Part shown: one piece after another, positions 7,977 to 18,532 of the stretch
Layout of the letters: each line of letters starts with the position of its first letter
How positions within the stretch are numbered: the stretch's first letter is position 1
Translations under genes and position numbers: made by a program
Virus record (IMG/VR): IMGVR_UViG_3300037264_007739
Span: 1-64,000 of that record
Reading direction: 5' to 3' (one strand)
Source of the DNA: a virus
DNA: 64,000 nt
The notes under the pieces: model-generated
Seen by the model: the letters and a program-made list of their open reading frames with translations, nothing else
Told to the model about the DNA's origin: nothing
Databases searched by the model: none

Positions 7977-10289
7977 ATGGCAAAGGACATCAAGAACCAC
8001 CAGATCGTCGTCAACATCAAGCCCCAGATCCCGGGTGGGGCGATCAAGAATCTTGGTCAACAGCTCGCGAGCATCATCTTGAAGGAGCTCACGCCGGCGA
8101 TCACGAAGGCGATCACGGCTGGGTTCGCCGGCGCCCAAGGGCAAGTCAAACAGGCGGCTAAACAGGCCGCAGAGACGACGTCGAAGGAGCAGATCAAGGC
8201 CGTCGACCAGACCGCGACCAGGCAGAAGCGCGCCGTAAACGACGTCGAGCGGCACAGGGGTGCGCTTCGACGGCAGGAGCTCAAGTACGAAGAGAACGTC
8301 GCCAAGGCTGAGGAAACGCGCCAACGGCGAACAGCGAAGACGCGGCGTGACGCACAGATCGCGATCGAGTCTGGTGTCCAACAAGAACGCCGTCGCTTTG
8401 AGACACAAGGAGCCGCTCGCGTTCGACGCACAGCGCAGATCACGAGGGCTGCGGAAGCTGCGGACGCCGAGCTTCGCCCCGGTCGCGCTGAACAACTCGC
8501 GGCCGGGCCGCCATCGCAGTTTGCACGTGTGATGGAGCGCTTCAAGGACGACGCAGTCAAGAATCGCGCGGAGGGAAAAGAGCGCGAGGGCGCGGCCAAG
8601 GCGAAGAGCGCGGAACAGATCAAGCAGACACGCGCGGAGAGCGCGCAAGAGAGAACAGCGACGCGAGCGTTCGATACGCGTATGCAGGGCGTGCGGCGCG
8701 ACCTTCGCCGCGTTCGTGGTGCAGAGGGCGAGCTCGCGCGCATTGAGGGACTTGATGACCCACGACTTGCGGATGTCGACGCCGCTGCCGCACGTCTCGG
8801 TCGACCCGCGATGGGCGGTCGTCTTGCTCGCGCAAGACGTCTTGGGGCGATGTTCCCTGGTGCTGGCCGAGCCGCACAGGCCACGGGGCTCCCCGTCGGA
8901 CTTATGCGCGGTGGTATGGCCGCGGGCCCGATACTCGCTGGCATTGCCTCGGGGAACATGACCGCCGGTGCTGGTGGCGGTGGTGTGAGCGGCTTTCAAG
9001 CAGCCGGTCTAGCTGGCTTTGGCGGCGGGGCTGGTGCGGCTACTGCGGGACTCGGCGCGCTTGTCGGTGCTGTTGGTGCGGGCGTCGTACGTGGCATGCG
9101 TGAAGCAGCCGAACATGCGCCGGCCGCACTGAGCTTTCTTCGTGGAGTTCAAGGTCTTATGCCGGGACTCGAACCAAGTGAGCAAGGCAATCTCGAAGCA
9201 CGAACAAATCAACTTATTAGTCAGGCGATAAGCGCCTCGGCTTACGGTTTCGACCCGAACCAGGCGATCGATATCATGTCGCGTGTCCAGCGGACCCGTG
9301 GAGGTTGGCAAGACACACAAGGCATGCGCAACGCACAACATCAGGCGCTCGTCTTAAACCGCGCGTTTAATGTTGCGCCTGAGACCGTAGGCCAGATCGA
9401 GTTCGCACGCCGTCGTGGCGGTGTCGCGAACGCGCACCTTGCTGACCCATTCACGCTGACTGAATCAGCTATCGGTCTTGGCTTCCAAGGACAAGAAGAG
9501 GTCAGCGGTTTCCTCCAACGTCAAGCTGGGCTCCAGACGCGTGCGCGTGAACAAGGGACATTCTTCCAACGGGCCCCGTTCGAGAATATGCTCGAGAGTT
9601 TCTCGCCCGCAGTTGGACAATTCCAGGCCGAGAGCCTCGCGACAGGTTTCACTGGCGCGCTCCAGAACATTGCGACGCGGGGCATTGCTGGTGCGCCAAG
9701 TCCTGAGACGGGGCTCATGATGCTTCAGGCGTTTGGCGGGCTTCAACTCCCGCAGCGCGGTGGTGTGAGTGCCCAGGATATCTGGGATGCACAGCAACGA
9801 ATCGAGGCTGGAAAGTTCGATCCACAAGCGTCGATGGCGATGCTAGGTCGGTCCATCCGCGGGGCTGCTGGCGGTTCCGCCGGACTTGCGCGTGTCATGA
9901 CACAACAATTTCTTGGTGCGTTTGGAATGTCGCAAGGGCCAGGGAATATCGAATCGCTTTTTGCTGGCGGTCCTGCCGGACCGATGGCGATGGACATCGC
10001 TGGGACAATCACAAGTACAGCCGAAGCTCAGCGTGAGCTCGCAGCGCTCCGTGCGGGTGGAGGACTCGAGGGACGTGCAGGTCTGAAAGGCATTACGCTG
10101 CCACAGGTTGGTATGGCAGCAGGCGTTGAAGCTACTACTATCGCGGCAGGACTTTTGGCGATGCCTGGTTGGCAAGAGCTCAATCAGGCGTGGGCGGATA
10201 TGGCGAAGGAAGTTGCTGAGTGGGCCTCGACTATCGATAGGCTAAAGGCGCTGCCTCCAGCAGTCATCAAGCTCATGTTGGGGCATTGA
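7977..10289 (+). CDS. tape measure protein, 770 aa
   Basis: Ala/Gly/Gln-rich helical protein after the chaperones and before the baseplate hub. Confidence 0.8.
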   Translation: MAKDIKNHQIVVNIKPQIPGGAIKNLGQQLASIILKELTPAITKAITAGFAGAQGQVKQAAKQAAETTSKEQIKAVDQTATRQKRAVNDVERHRGALRRQELKYEENVAKAEETRQRRTAKTRRDAQIAIESGVQQERRRFETQGAARVRRTAQITRAAEAADAELRPGRAEQLAAGPPSQFARVMERFKDDAVKNRAEGKEREGAAKAKSAEQIKQTRAESAQERTATRAFDTRMQGVRRDLRRVRGAEGELARIEGLDDPRLADVDAAAARLGRPAMGGRLARARRLGAMFPGAGRAAQATGLPVGLMRGGMAAGPILAGIASGNMTAGAGGGGVSGFQAAGLAGFGGGAGAATAGLGALVGAVGAGVVRGMREAAEHAPAALSFLRGVQGLMPGLEPSEQGNLEARTNQLISQAISASAYGFDPNQAIDIMSRVQRTRGGWQDTQGMRNAQHQALVLNRAFNVAPETVGQIEFARRRGGVANAHLADPFTLTESAIGLGFQGQEEVSGFLQRQAGLQTRAREQGTFFQRAPFENMLESFSPAVGQFQAESLATGFTGALQNIATRGIAGAPSPETGLMMLQAFGGLQLPQRGGVSAQDIWDAQQRIEAGKFDPQASMAMLGRSIRGAAGGSAGLARVMTQQFLGAFGMSQGPGNIESLFAGGPAGPMAMDIAGTITSTAEAQRELAALRAGGGLEGRAGLKGITLPQVGMAAGVEATTIAAGLLAMPGWQELNQAWADMAKEVAEWASTIDRLKALPPAVIKLMLGH

Positions 10290-10290
10290 T

Positions 10291-11946
10291 ATGGCAGAGT
10301 CTGTCGCCAAACAAGGCTTCCAGGGTTCTGAGACCTCGCGCGTCGAGATCACTGCGTACAGCTTTGGTGATGAATCTGGTCTCTCGCGCAGCCTGATTAC
10401 GCACAGCGTGGCCTTCTCGGATGCGGGCGTGCCGCCTAGTAATGAGAAGATCGACTTTTTCGGGAAGCGACAGCACACCGAGGGTGTGCCGTATATTTCG
10501 CGCGTCACGACATCGAAGCAGTTGGGCGCGCCAGCAGGCATCTTCTCGTTTGACGTCAAGGCTGATGGAATTGGCCGCGCCGCCGTAGCAGCGCTCGCTG
10601 ACGATGATTGGGTCGACATCGTTATGACTCGGCACGGCGTCAAAACGCATGTCATGAGGGGCCAGATCGAGGACATTCGGCTGGAGTCCGTCGTGGTGGG
10701 CACCGGAGCCACTTCTGATATCATCCGCGTCTCTGGACGAGACTTTGGCCGCATCTTCGAGCTCACGCCGATCTGGTTCGATATCCTCACCGATGGCGCG
10801 CTAGGCGCAGGCGCGACGGCACGTGTGCTCGAGGCGAACAACGCGTTCTTCGCGGATCCGGCGACAACGGTAGAGTCGATCCTTTCTGGCTTTCTTCGCG
10901 AGCTCTCGAACGTCGGCCGATCGCATTGGGAGATCCCACCGTCGCTTCAGAACATCCAACGCGTCGGCGGGGGCAGTGCAGCGTTCATCGACAACGCCTG
11001 CTTCTTCGACCGGGACTTCATCAACCACCCGGCACGGGCGAACACGCTTGGACCGTCAATCTACTCGATCAACAACCAGAGCGTTTGGAACTTCGCGCTT
11101 CAGTGGGCGGACCTCGGGCTCTGCGAGATCTACACTGATCTGCTCAGTGCGCCGCTCGATATCTTTTTTCGTAGACGGACGCAAGCGAAGTTCGGTGTGG
11201 CATCAGACCGCATCGATTATGCGCCGCCGAACAACGACCTCGAACATCCTGTCGAGCTCACACCGGCGGATTCGATCATGGCAGTGGTCTTCCGGGACAG
11301 GCCGTTTCCGTCGGACACGTTCGTCGATCGGAGCAATATCGCGCTCGCAATCGAGAAGTGCGCGTGGTTCAATCGGCTCCCGCTGGTCACCGTTCCTCGT
11401 CAACACGTTACGAGCCGATCAGTTGGACGGAGCGGGGCGGAGCGGCGGAACGCCTTCTTCGTCAAACCGCGTCTCTACCATGAGCTCGCAGGCAGCTACT
11501 TCGATTTCAACCGTCCGCTCTTTCACACAGATGACATGAAACGGCACGGCATGCGCCGTATGGACACAACCTTCGTCTACACCCGCGGCGCCGACGACAA
11601 GAACCTCGCGCTCGCGGAGACGTACAAGCGGCGCATGCGCGATTATCACTGCATGAATCACCTATTCTACAACGGGACGATCACGCTTGGTTACGGACGT
11701 CCTGACATAAGAATCGGGACGCGCTTTCGGATCTCGAACGGAGATGAGGAGACGCAGGAGACCTACTACGTCGAGTCGGTCAACCACGAGTGGACATTGC
11801 GCGCTGGCCTTCGTACATCACTTGGTGTCTCCCGCGGCTGGGTCGGCTCTGACGGCTCGCTCGTTGATCAGTTGCGTGAGACTGTCCAGAGATACTTCCG
11901 CGTCTCCGAGACAGCCGAGGTCGAGACGGACGAGGCTGTAGCCTAG
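10291..11946 (+). CDS. baseplate hub protein (T4 gp27-like)
   Basis: VSGRDFG; C-terminal NGTITL...RIGTR...YYVESVNHEW...TSLGVSRG hub pattern. Confidence 0.75.
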   Translation: MAESVAKQGFQGSETSRVEITAYSFGDESGLSRSLITHSVAFSDAGVPPSNEKIDFFGKRQHTEGVPYISRVTTSKQLGAPAGIFSFDVKADGIGRAAVAALADDDWVDIVMTRHGVKTHVMRGQIEDIRLESVVVGTGATSDIIRVSGRDFGRIFELTPIWFDILTDGALGAGATARVLEANNAFFADPATTVESILSGFLRELSNVGRSHWEIPPSLQNIQRVGGGSAAFIDNACFFDRDFINHPARANTLGPSIYSINNQSVWNFALQWADLGLCEIYTDLLSAPLDIFFRRRTQAKFGVASDRIDYAPPNNDLEHPVELTPADSIMAVVFRDRPFPSDTFVDRSNIALAIEKCAWFNRLPLVTVPRQHVTSRSVGRSGAERRNAFFVKPRLYHELAGSYFDFNRPLFHTDDMKRHGMRRMDTTFVYTRGADDKNLALAETYKRRMRDYHCMNHLFYNGTITLGYGRPDIRIGTRFRISNGDEETQETYYVESVNHEWTLRAGLRTSLGVSRGWVGSDGSLVDQLRETVQRYFRVSETAEVETDEAVA

Positions 11947-11954
11947 GTGATGAC

Positions 11955-13205
11955 ATGAGCATGAAGGAGTACGTCGCGGCGCTCATGGATCATGGGGCGG
12001 TATCGCAGTCATCAATGCCGAAGATCCCAACAGATTCACTACGCGGTACGGCTGGGTATGCCATCCGCGGTGTCGTGCTGGCGACGTATTTCGTCGATGA
12101 CAAAGAGACGATCCCGAAGCCACAAGACAACGTTCCGACAGGGAATCGAAATCTGACCGGCGAAATCTTCTCGATGCCTGCGGACGGCTCTATTCATATG
12201 TACTGCGACGTCCTCGCGTACTCTAGCATAGACGGGGGCCTGGTCTGGAGGATCCCGCGTGCGCTCGTCGCGCAACCTGGTGGCGGGATGCACACAGGCG
12301 CTGTCTGGGTTCCGCGGCCGACGTCATTTCGCATCGACGGACAGATCCTCGACACCGATCGCCTCGGGACGATCAACCCCGGTATTCTGGACGGCGACCA
12401 TGTCCTCGTCGCGTTCATGGACGGTGATGAGCGCCTTCCCGTGATCATCGGGAGCGTGCCGCATCCGAGCAGGGACATCGGCAATGAGGAGAAGGACCAG
12501 ACGAGCACGCTCCCCGAGTCCGTGAAGGCGCAGTCGACACGACTCAAGAAGGCCGACGGGTTCCCGCGGCTGATGAAGCATCACGGCGTCGTGTGGGGCG
12601 TCGACAAGGAGGGGAATTATGTCATCGACGCGACCCGTGCGCATGCGGGCAAGCTCGACGACAAGGGCCGGGAGCCGAAGCTGCCGTCCGACCCGCCGAC
12701 GAGCTCGAACGTCGACGTCCCAGCGACGAGCGGGAACATCAACATCAAGCTCCGTGCAGGGCTGAAGGCGCGTATCTCGGTCAGCACCGACCCGGTCAAG
12801 CCGACCGATCCTGCGACGGAGGAGGCGTTCTTCGAGCTCGAGGACGGCATCGTCACGATCGCGGTGAAGAACAAGAGCGCGGGCGGGACGCCGACGCTGG
12901 TCAAGATCGAGGACAACAAGGTCACCGTCACGACGCAGGGTGGTGCTGGCATCGAGGTCACCGACAAGGATGGAAGCGCGAAGCTCAAGATCGGCGATGG
13001 TGCGATGCACGCGGCGATCGTCGAGCATCTCGAAGCGATGTGGAACCGCTTCATGAACGATAAGCTCACGCCGTGGAACGCGCAGGGCGCAACGGGCACG
13101 ACGTTCGTCACGGCGCTGGGTCCGGCGTTCCAGGTCGTGCCGCTCATGCCTGAGCCGTGGGACCCGACGATCAACTCTACGAAGGTCTCCCTCCCTGACG
13201 GCTAG
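11955..13205 (+). CDS. baseplate central spike (gp5/gpV-like)
   Basis: OB-fold signature GDHVLVAFMDGDERLPVIIG followed by beta-strand repeats. Confidence 0.8.
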   Translation: MSMKEYVAALMDHGAVSQSSMPKIPTDSLRGTAGYAIRGVVLATYFVDDKETIPKPQDNVPTGNRNLTGEIFSMPADGSIHMYCDVLAYSSIDGGLVWRIPRALVAQPGGGMHTGAVWVPRPTSFRIDGQILDTDRLGTINPGILDGDHVLVAFMDGDERLPVIIGSVPHPSRDIGNEEKDQTSTLPESVKAQSTRLKKADGFPRLMKHHGVVWGVDKEGNYVIDATRAHAGKLDDKGREPKLPSDPPTSSNVDVPATSGNINIKLRAGLKARISVSTDPVKPTDPATEEAFFELEDGIVTIAVKNKSAGGTPTLVKIEDNKVTVTTQGGAGIEVTDKDGSAKLKIGDGAMHAAIVEHLEAMWNRFMNDKLTPWNAQGATGTTFVTALGPAFQVVPLMPEPWDPTINSTKVSLPDG

Positions 13206-13212
13206 ATGACAT

Positions 13213-13764
13213 ATGCCGCTGAACGTTCTCACGTTGACGACCGAGCTCCGGAAGTTCATGGACCCAGACTTCGACGAGTTCGTCACGAACGACCCAGCGT
13301 TGTTCGACCCGGTCGTCTTTCCAACACCAGAAGAACGGCTCGATGAGCATGCGCGGCTTCTCAAGGACGACGCGCAGTACAAGGCGGATCGGTGGACGAC
13401 GGCTTATGACACATATATGGGCGAGATCTCACTGCCGGCGCCGCCGACGAACGCCCCTGCGGCAGAGGTGGCACTCAACGGCGCGCTCGTCGCGTACTTC
13501 AGCATCCCGAAGACGCCGATCAGCGTCGTCACCGATCTCATCGGTTTCGTCGCGACGTTCCCGATCTACACCAACCTGCTCGTGTTCCCGAACTTTGCGC
13601 CTGGGACGCCGCCGATCCCGCCAACGGGGCCGATCCTCCCCCCGCTTGCCGTGCCAGCACCAGCAGCAGGCATTTGCGCGGCCATGGCAGCCGCCTTTCA
13701 CGCCTGGACCATCACGAACAACCGAGTTCCTATTCCACCCGGCCCGCCCGTCCCGTTCGCATGA
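13213..13764 (+). CDS. hypothetical Pro-rich baseplate-region protein
   Basis: Follows the spike gene; typical codon usage. Confidence 0.55.
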   Translation: MPLNVLTLTTELRKFMDPDFDEFVTNDPALFDPVVFPTPEERLDEHARLLKDDAQYKADRWTTAYDTYMGEISLPAPPTNAPAAEVALNGALVAYFSIPKTPISVVTDLIGFVATFPIYTNLLVFPNFAPGTPPIPPTGPILPPLAVPAPAAGICAAMAAAFHAWTITNNRVPIPPGPPVPFA

Positions 13765-13825
13765 ACGCCGGGCTTTCCAGAGAGCGGCAAGTCGAGCAAG
13801 ATGGCGCCACTCGTGAGGTGATGCA

Positions 13826-15709
13826 GTGGCGGTATCGATTATCGACATCGCGAAGGAGAAGGCACGTCAGGAGAGCGGTGACGACAAGAAGTTCTTCAAG
13901 TCGTTCGTCTACTTCTTCGAGCTCGATGTCCCTGCGGAGGCCCTTGAGGGTGTCTTAGGAGCCGCAGGTGGTGTCACATCGATGCTCTTCCCGTTGATGT
14001 TGAATCCACAGAGCATCTCGGTTTCGGAGCCCTACGCCCTGACCGTGACGCCAACTGTCGACGGTGGTCTCTTCCTCGAAGAGAACGGCGTCCTCGCGCG
14101 GACTATCACCATCGAAGGACACACCGGCTTCAAGCCACGCCCTATGCGTGGATCAGGTGTGGCCCTCTCTGAGTTCTTCAAGACCGACGTCCTTTCATTT
14201 GACCGGCGTGGGGTATTTTCGCCGCTTGCGCTCTCGGGACAGCGACACTTCCAATTTCTCCAGGATCGCGTCTTTAGGACATATGCAGAGCTCAAGCGTG
14301 ACCCGGCGACGTCGCGGCTCACGAGACTTGCTTTTCACAACGTCAAGGACGACGAGCACTGGTTGGTCGCGCCGATTCGTTTCGATATGCGGCGCAATGC
14401 TGCCGACTCGCGCTTCACGTATCGATACTCGATTGAGCTGCTCGCCTACAACATCGCGAAGAAGCGCGAGGATGAGTTCGTCACCGAGGACAAGAGCTGG
14501 CTCGACAAGATCAAGGATACGATCCAGGACATCAAGAACACCGTCGATTCGATTATCGCGGTTATCGAGGACGTACAACAGTTTGTGCGGGAGCTCGAAC
14601 AACTTGTCACCGGGGTCATCTCACTCCTCAACAAGGTCAGCGAAATCCTGAATGCCGCAGTCGACTTCATCAGTGGTGTCGCCGACTTTATCGCCGCGCC
14701 GTTTCAGGCACTCATTGATGTCGTTCGCGGACTCGATGAGACGATCGAGCGCATGATCGCGCTACCCGATCAGTTTCGAGATACGATCACGCATACGTTC
14801 CGGCAATTGGGGGACGCCCTCCTTAATTTCGGCGCCCACAAGGATGTGTTCGCTTCGCCCGCGCAGCAAAGAATTGCCAAGCTCAATTCATTGAGCACGA
14901 TCGGTACGTCAACGAGCGACACGGCGCTCGCCGATGCCGAAGCTAACCCACCCAAGACGCTGCGCGCTACCGGCAAACTTGGAACGAAGCCCATGCCTGG
15001 CGATCGTATCCGCGCCGATGCTTCACGCGGGGCGACGCGTGCGCCCGCGTTCTCGAGCGCTATCGAGTACGTTGTCAGCTCGACGGACACTCTTCAAAGC
15101 CTTGCAGCGCGCTTCCTCGGCGGCGCGAAAAACTGGCGTCTCATTGCCGCGCTCAATGATCTCGCTCCGCCGTACATCTCGGAGAGCCCGTTGCCTCGGA
15201 CGGTTCGACCGGGCGGGCATATCTTGATCCCCTCGCGCGCTCGTGCGCCGCTTGCGAGTCCGAACGCCGCCGTTCTTGGTGCGACACGTGAGGTCTCACT
15301 TGCTGAGCGGGTTCTCGGCGTTGATCTTCGCCTCGATCCCGTTGAGGGCACGCGCGATCAGTATGATCTCGTCCTCGATCCCGCATCGGGTGGGACGGAC
15401 GTCAAGCTGATAAAGGGCGTCAACAATCTCAAGCAGGCCATACGCACACGCATGATCACGGAGCAGGGGTCGAATGTGTTATACCGCCGCCTGGGGCACA
15501 AGCGCCTCATTGGGATTGGGATCCCATCTGTGGAGGATGAAGTGGTCAGACTCAGGCTCAGAGAGGCGATCGCGGCCGACCCGCGGATCGCAAACGTTGG
15601 TGCTGTACGGTTCAATGAGCCAGCTTCGCCTGACACCATCGACGTCGAGATCGACGCGACAGTGCGTGGTCTGAACGAACCGATCACTGTGTCGGCGGGT
15701 ATTTCGTAG
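13826..15709 (+). CDS. multi-domain baseplate protein: tube-initiator-like, helical, LysM, gp25-like
   Basis: LNPQSISVSEP..ITIEGHTG; LysM YVVSSTDTLQSLAARFLG..W..IAALN; GVNNLKQAI..R..TEQG...DPRI. Confidence 0.75.
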   Translation: MAVSIIDIAKEKARQESGDDKKFFKSFVYFFELDVPAEALEGVLGAAGGVTSMLFPLMLNPQSISVSEPYALTVTPTVDGGLFLEENGVLARTITIEGHTGFKPRPMRGSGVALSEFFKTDVLSFDRRGVFSPLALSGQRHFQFLQDRVFRTYAELKRDPATSRLTRLAFHNVKDDEHWLVAPIRFDMRRNAADSRFTYRYSIELLAYNIAKKREDEFVTEDKSWLDKIKDTIQDIKNTVDSIIAVIEDVQQFVRELEQLVTGVISLLNKVSEILNAAVDFISGVADFIAAPFQALIDVVRGLDETIERMIALPDQFRDTITHTFRQLGDALLNFGAHKDVFASPAQQRIAKLNSLSTIGTSTSDTALADAEANPPKTLRATGKLGTKPMPGDRIRADASRGATRAPAFSSAIEYVVSSTDTLQSLAARFLGGAKNWRLIAALNDLAPPYISESPLPRTVRPGGHILIPSRARAPLASPNAAVLGATREVSLAERVLGVDLRLDPVEGTRDQYDLVLDPASGGTDVKLIKGVNNLKQAIRTRMITEQGSNVLYRRLGHKRLIGIGIPSVEDEVVRLRLREAIAADPRIANVGAVRFNEPASPDTIDVEIDATVRGLNEPITVSAGIS

Positions 15710-15721
15710 GGAGAAAAGGCC

Positions 15722-17137
15722 GTGCCGACGCTACAGCTCCTTAGCCAAGAGCAGGTCCTCCAAAGAATGGCGACGCGTGTCATCGCGCGCACTAATCTCA
15801 CGGATCTCATTGACTCGTCGGCGATGAAGCAGATCCTCGCGGCGTTCGCGCGCGAGATCGACGACGTTTACTTTCAGCTCACACGACTGAACGACCTGTA
15901 TGACCTTCGACGCGCTGCGGGCGACGATCTCGACGCCCGCGCCAAAGAGATTCAGCCAGGGACGCTGCGCCGACTTGGTGCGCTCAAAGCCATTGGGCAG
16001 ATCGTCTTCTCGCGGTCCTCGAACACGCTCACGACGATCACGATCCCTGCTGGGACGGTGGTGAAGACCGCTGACGGCGTCTCGTTTACGACGACTGAGC
16101 AGACGCAGATCACGGCGACGTCGCCGCAGCAGATCGCAGGCCACGGAGTGGGGCGGGATTCGTCTGCGGTATCAGCTACGGCGAACACAGCAGGAGTGGC
16201 TGGCAATGTCGGGACGGGCGCGGTTGTTGCGTTCTCGTCGAAGCCACCCGGCATCACCGAAGTCACGAACGTTACGGCCTTTTCACAGGGGCGCGAGATC
16301 GAGACCGATGACGAATTTCGTGCTCGGATCCTCGATTACGTCGCCTCGCTCTCGCGCTGCACGGTCGAGGCGCTCGAGTTCCTGGTCCTGAACGTCACCG
16401 ATGATGTGAGCGGCAAACGCGTCGTCTTCAGCCACGTCTTCGAGGACCCGATCGACCGCGGCAACGTCATCATCTATATCGATGACGGCGCCGGGACCGC
16501 GGCGACGTTCGGGACGGCGATCGTAAACGAGATCGTGCTCGCACTGGCCCTCGGCGGTGAAGAGTTCCTGTTCGTCGACTCGAAGCCGATCGCGATGTCG
16601 CAAGGCTTCACGCTGACGCTCAAGCGTGGTGTCACGACGTACGCGCTGATCTCGGGCACCGATTATTACGTGAACCCGGCGAGCGGTCTTCTCTTCGTCC
16701 CCGCTCCCGGACTCGGTGGGATCATTGCCGGTGATGAAATCAGAGCTTCGTACACGCCGTTCACTGGGCTCATCCCCGTGGTGCAGAAGGTCGTCGACGG
16801 CGACCCAGCAGACCGGCTCAATTTCCCTGGTTTTCGCGCTGCGGGTGTGCTCGTTCGCGTGCTCGCGCCGCAGGTTGTCTCGTTTTCGATTACGGCGGTG
16901 TTCACCATCCTCGATGGCTTCGATCACGATACGGTCGTCGACGCCGCAGAGACAGCAGTGCAGGACTATGTGAACAATCTCGGGATCTCCGGAGATGTCA
17001 TCCGGTCGGAGCTCATCGAGCGGATCATGGAAGTCGACGGAGTCTACGACGTGAATCTGACAGCGCCGGCAGGCAATATCACTATCCTCGACGATCAGAT
17101 CGCGCGGATCGCCATCGCGAACATCAATATCAGTTAA
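15722..17137 (+). CDS. baseplate J-like wedge protein
   Basis: AGDDLD, IPAGTVVKT, GVAGNV, GREIETDDEFRARI, YVNNLGISGDV motifs. Confidence 0.9.
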   Translation: MPTLQLLSQEQVLQRMATRVIARTNLTDLIDSSAMKQILAAFAREIDDVYFQLTRLNDLYDLRRAAGDDLDARAKEIQPGTLRRLGALKAIGQIVFSRSSNTLTTITIPAGTVVKTADGVSFTTTEQTQITATSPQQIAGHGVGRDSSAVSATANTAGVAGNVGTGAVVAFSSKPPGITEVTNVTAFSQGREIETDDEFRARILDYVASLSRCTVEALEFLVLNVTDDVSGKRVVFSHVFEDPIDRGNVIIYIDDGAGTAATFGTAIVNEIVLALALGGEEFLFVDSKPIAMSQGFTLTLKRGVTTYALISGTDYYVNPASGLLFVPAPGLGGIIAGDEIRASYTPFTGLIPVVQKVVDGDPADRLNFPGFRAAGVLVRVLAPQVVSFSITAVFTILDGFDHDTVVDAAETAVQDYVNNLGISGDVIRSELIERIMEVDGVYDVNLTAPAGNITILDDQIARIAIANINIS

Positions 17138-17153
17138 TTGAGGAGTAATTTCG

Positions 17154-18191
17154 ATGATTCCTGTCAAAACTTGGTACGTCGACACGAACGTCATTCCGTC
17201 TGGAGCGAGCGCGATCGACGCCGCGACTTCACTCGCCCAGTACCAGCGAATAGTCTTGAATCGAAAGCTCTTCGTGACAGGCGCGGCCTTCTACGAGGAC
17301 GGCGTGCGCGTGCCAGACGGCAGCGGTGCGGCAGGTGCGTGGCCCGTCATTAGCAGCTCTGATGGAGTGACGGCTGGCGCAGGGGACCGCTGGTTGACGC
17401 CCGCGAACATCATCCAAGCGGCGGGAGCGCGCTCGTGGATCGTGCTGCGTTCGCCTGCCGGTTGGCTCCCAGGCGGCGCGTACGTCGAGATGCTCATCGA
17501 TGTCGTCACGTCGGCCGGGACATCAGAAGGCGTCACTATCTCAGTCGCGCCGAGCTCGAATCCCTTTGCGATCTCCGTGCTGCCTGCAACACCGCCGGCC
17601 TTACCGGCGAATGGCGTCGCGCTCGGTACGCATCAGATCTCCGAGTACACAGCGCCCGCTGACCATAAGGGCCACTTTTGGCGAAACAGTGAAGGCGACG
17701 TCATCTTGACGTCGTCGCGCAACGGAAGTGGAAACTTCGGCTCGTACATCAAATCATTGCAAGGTGAGAGCGGTGAGAGCATCTCGATCTATCCATGCAC
17801 TATAAATATGGGCCATACCTCCTTACTCGGGGCGAGCGCACTAATATACCAAAATCTTCAAGCCCCTGGGTCGACGGCGGGATGGTCCATCGACAACACA
17901 CCACGTGACGCCATCATCTGTTTTCCGTCTTCCATTACGGCGGGCCTGCCCGCGACAACCGGCTACGGAACTTCGGGCGGCCTTTCGGGACGGAACCCGA
18001 ACATGCCCATCGATCTCTTTCAGCTCGACCCGATTCTAGGGCTCTACCACGGCCGCGTGCCGGACGTACGATATGGGTCAAACTTCCAAGCAAACTTGAC
18101 GCTCGAGTCCACGGCGGACGCCTTCAAGCGTATGAACGTCGGGCAGCTCGTCTTGTTCAAGCACGATTCAGACGCGTTGCCGTCTTTGTGA
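17154..18191 (+). CDS. putative virion structural protein
   Basis: GAGGAG SD; baseplate context; beta-rich. Confidence 0.6.
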   Translation: MIPVKTWYVDTNVIPSGASAIDAATSLAQYQRIVLNRKLFVTGAAFYEDGVRVPDGSGAAGAWPVISSSDGVTAGAGDRWLTPANIIQAAGARSWIVLRSPAGWLPGGAYVEMLIDVVTSAGTSEGVTISVAPSSNPFAISVLPATPPALPANGVALGTHQISEYTAPADHKGHFWRNSEGDVILTSSRNGSGNFGSYIKSLQGESGESISIYPCTINMGHTSLLGASALIYQNLQAPGSTAGWSIDNTPRDAIICFPSSITAGLPATTGYGTSGGLSGRNPNMPIDLFQLDPILGLYHGRVPDVRYGSNFQANLTLESTADAFKRMNVGQLVLFKHDSDALPSL

Positions 18192-18199
18192 GGTAAACG

Positions 18200-18316
18200 A
18201 TGGTCTTCTTTTCAGTCCCCGATGAACCAAGCAGCCCGCTCTTCGTAGAGCGAGGACAGGCCATGGGCGACCTCGAAGAGTGCTTCTTCGTCATCGCCCT
18301 ACAGCCAGCGAATTAG
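18200..18316 (+). CDS. small protein, 38 aa (MVFFSVPDEPSSPLFVERG...)
   Basis: Not in the ORF track. GAGGT SD; fills the gap; resembles the N-terminus of 18532-19044. Confidence 0.55.
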   Translation: MVFFSVPDEPSSPLFVERGQAMGDLEECFFVIALQPAN

Positions 18317-18328
18317 GTCGAGGTTTTT

Positions 18329-18532
18329 ATGGCGTGGAATGGGAATCAGAAGGTGCACTCGAGTGGCGCGGTCGCTGATGTCGAGCAGGCGCCGGCTGGT
18401 CTGTGGTGCTACATCATTCGGAAGACGAACGCGCCCGCGTACAAGGCAGCGGACCGCGACTTCGATACGGATGCAGACGCGAGGGACGCGGTCGATGCGT
18501 TCCTCTTGGAGAGACACGGCGCGGTTGACTGA
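18329..18532 (+). CDS. hypothetical protein, 67 aa
   Basis: GAGGT SD; TGATG coupling to the next gene. Confidence 0.6.
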   Translation: MAWNGNQKVHSSGAVADVEQAPAGLWCYIIRKTNAPAYKAADRDFDTDADARDAVDAFLLERHGAVD

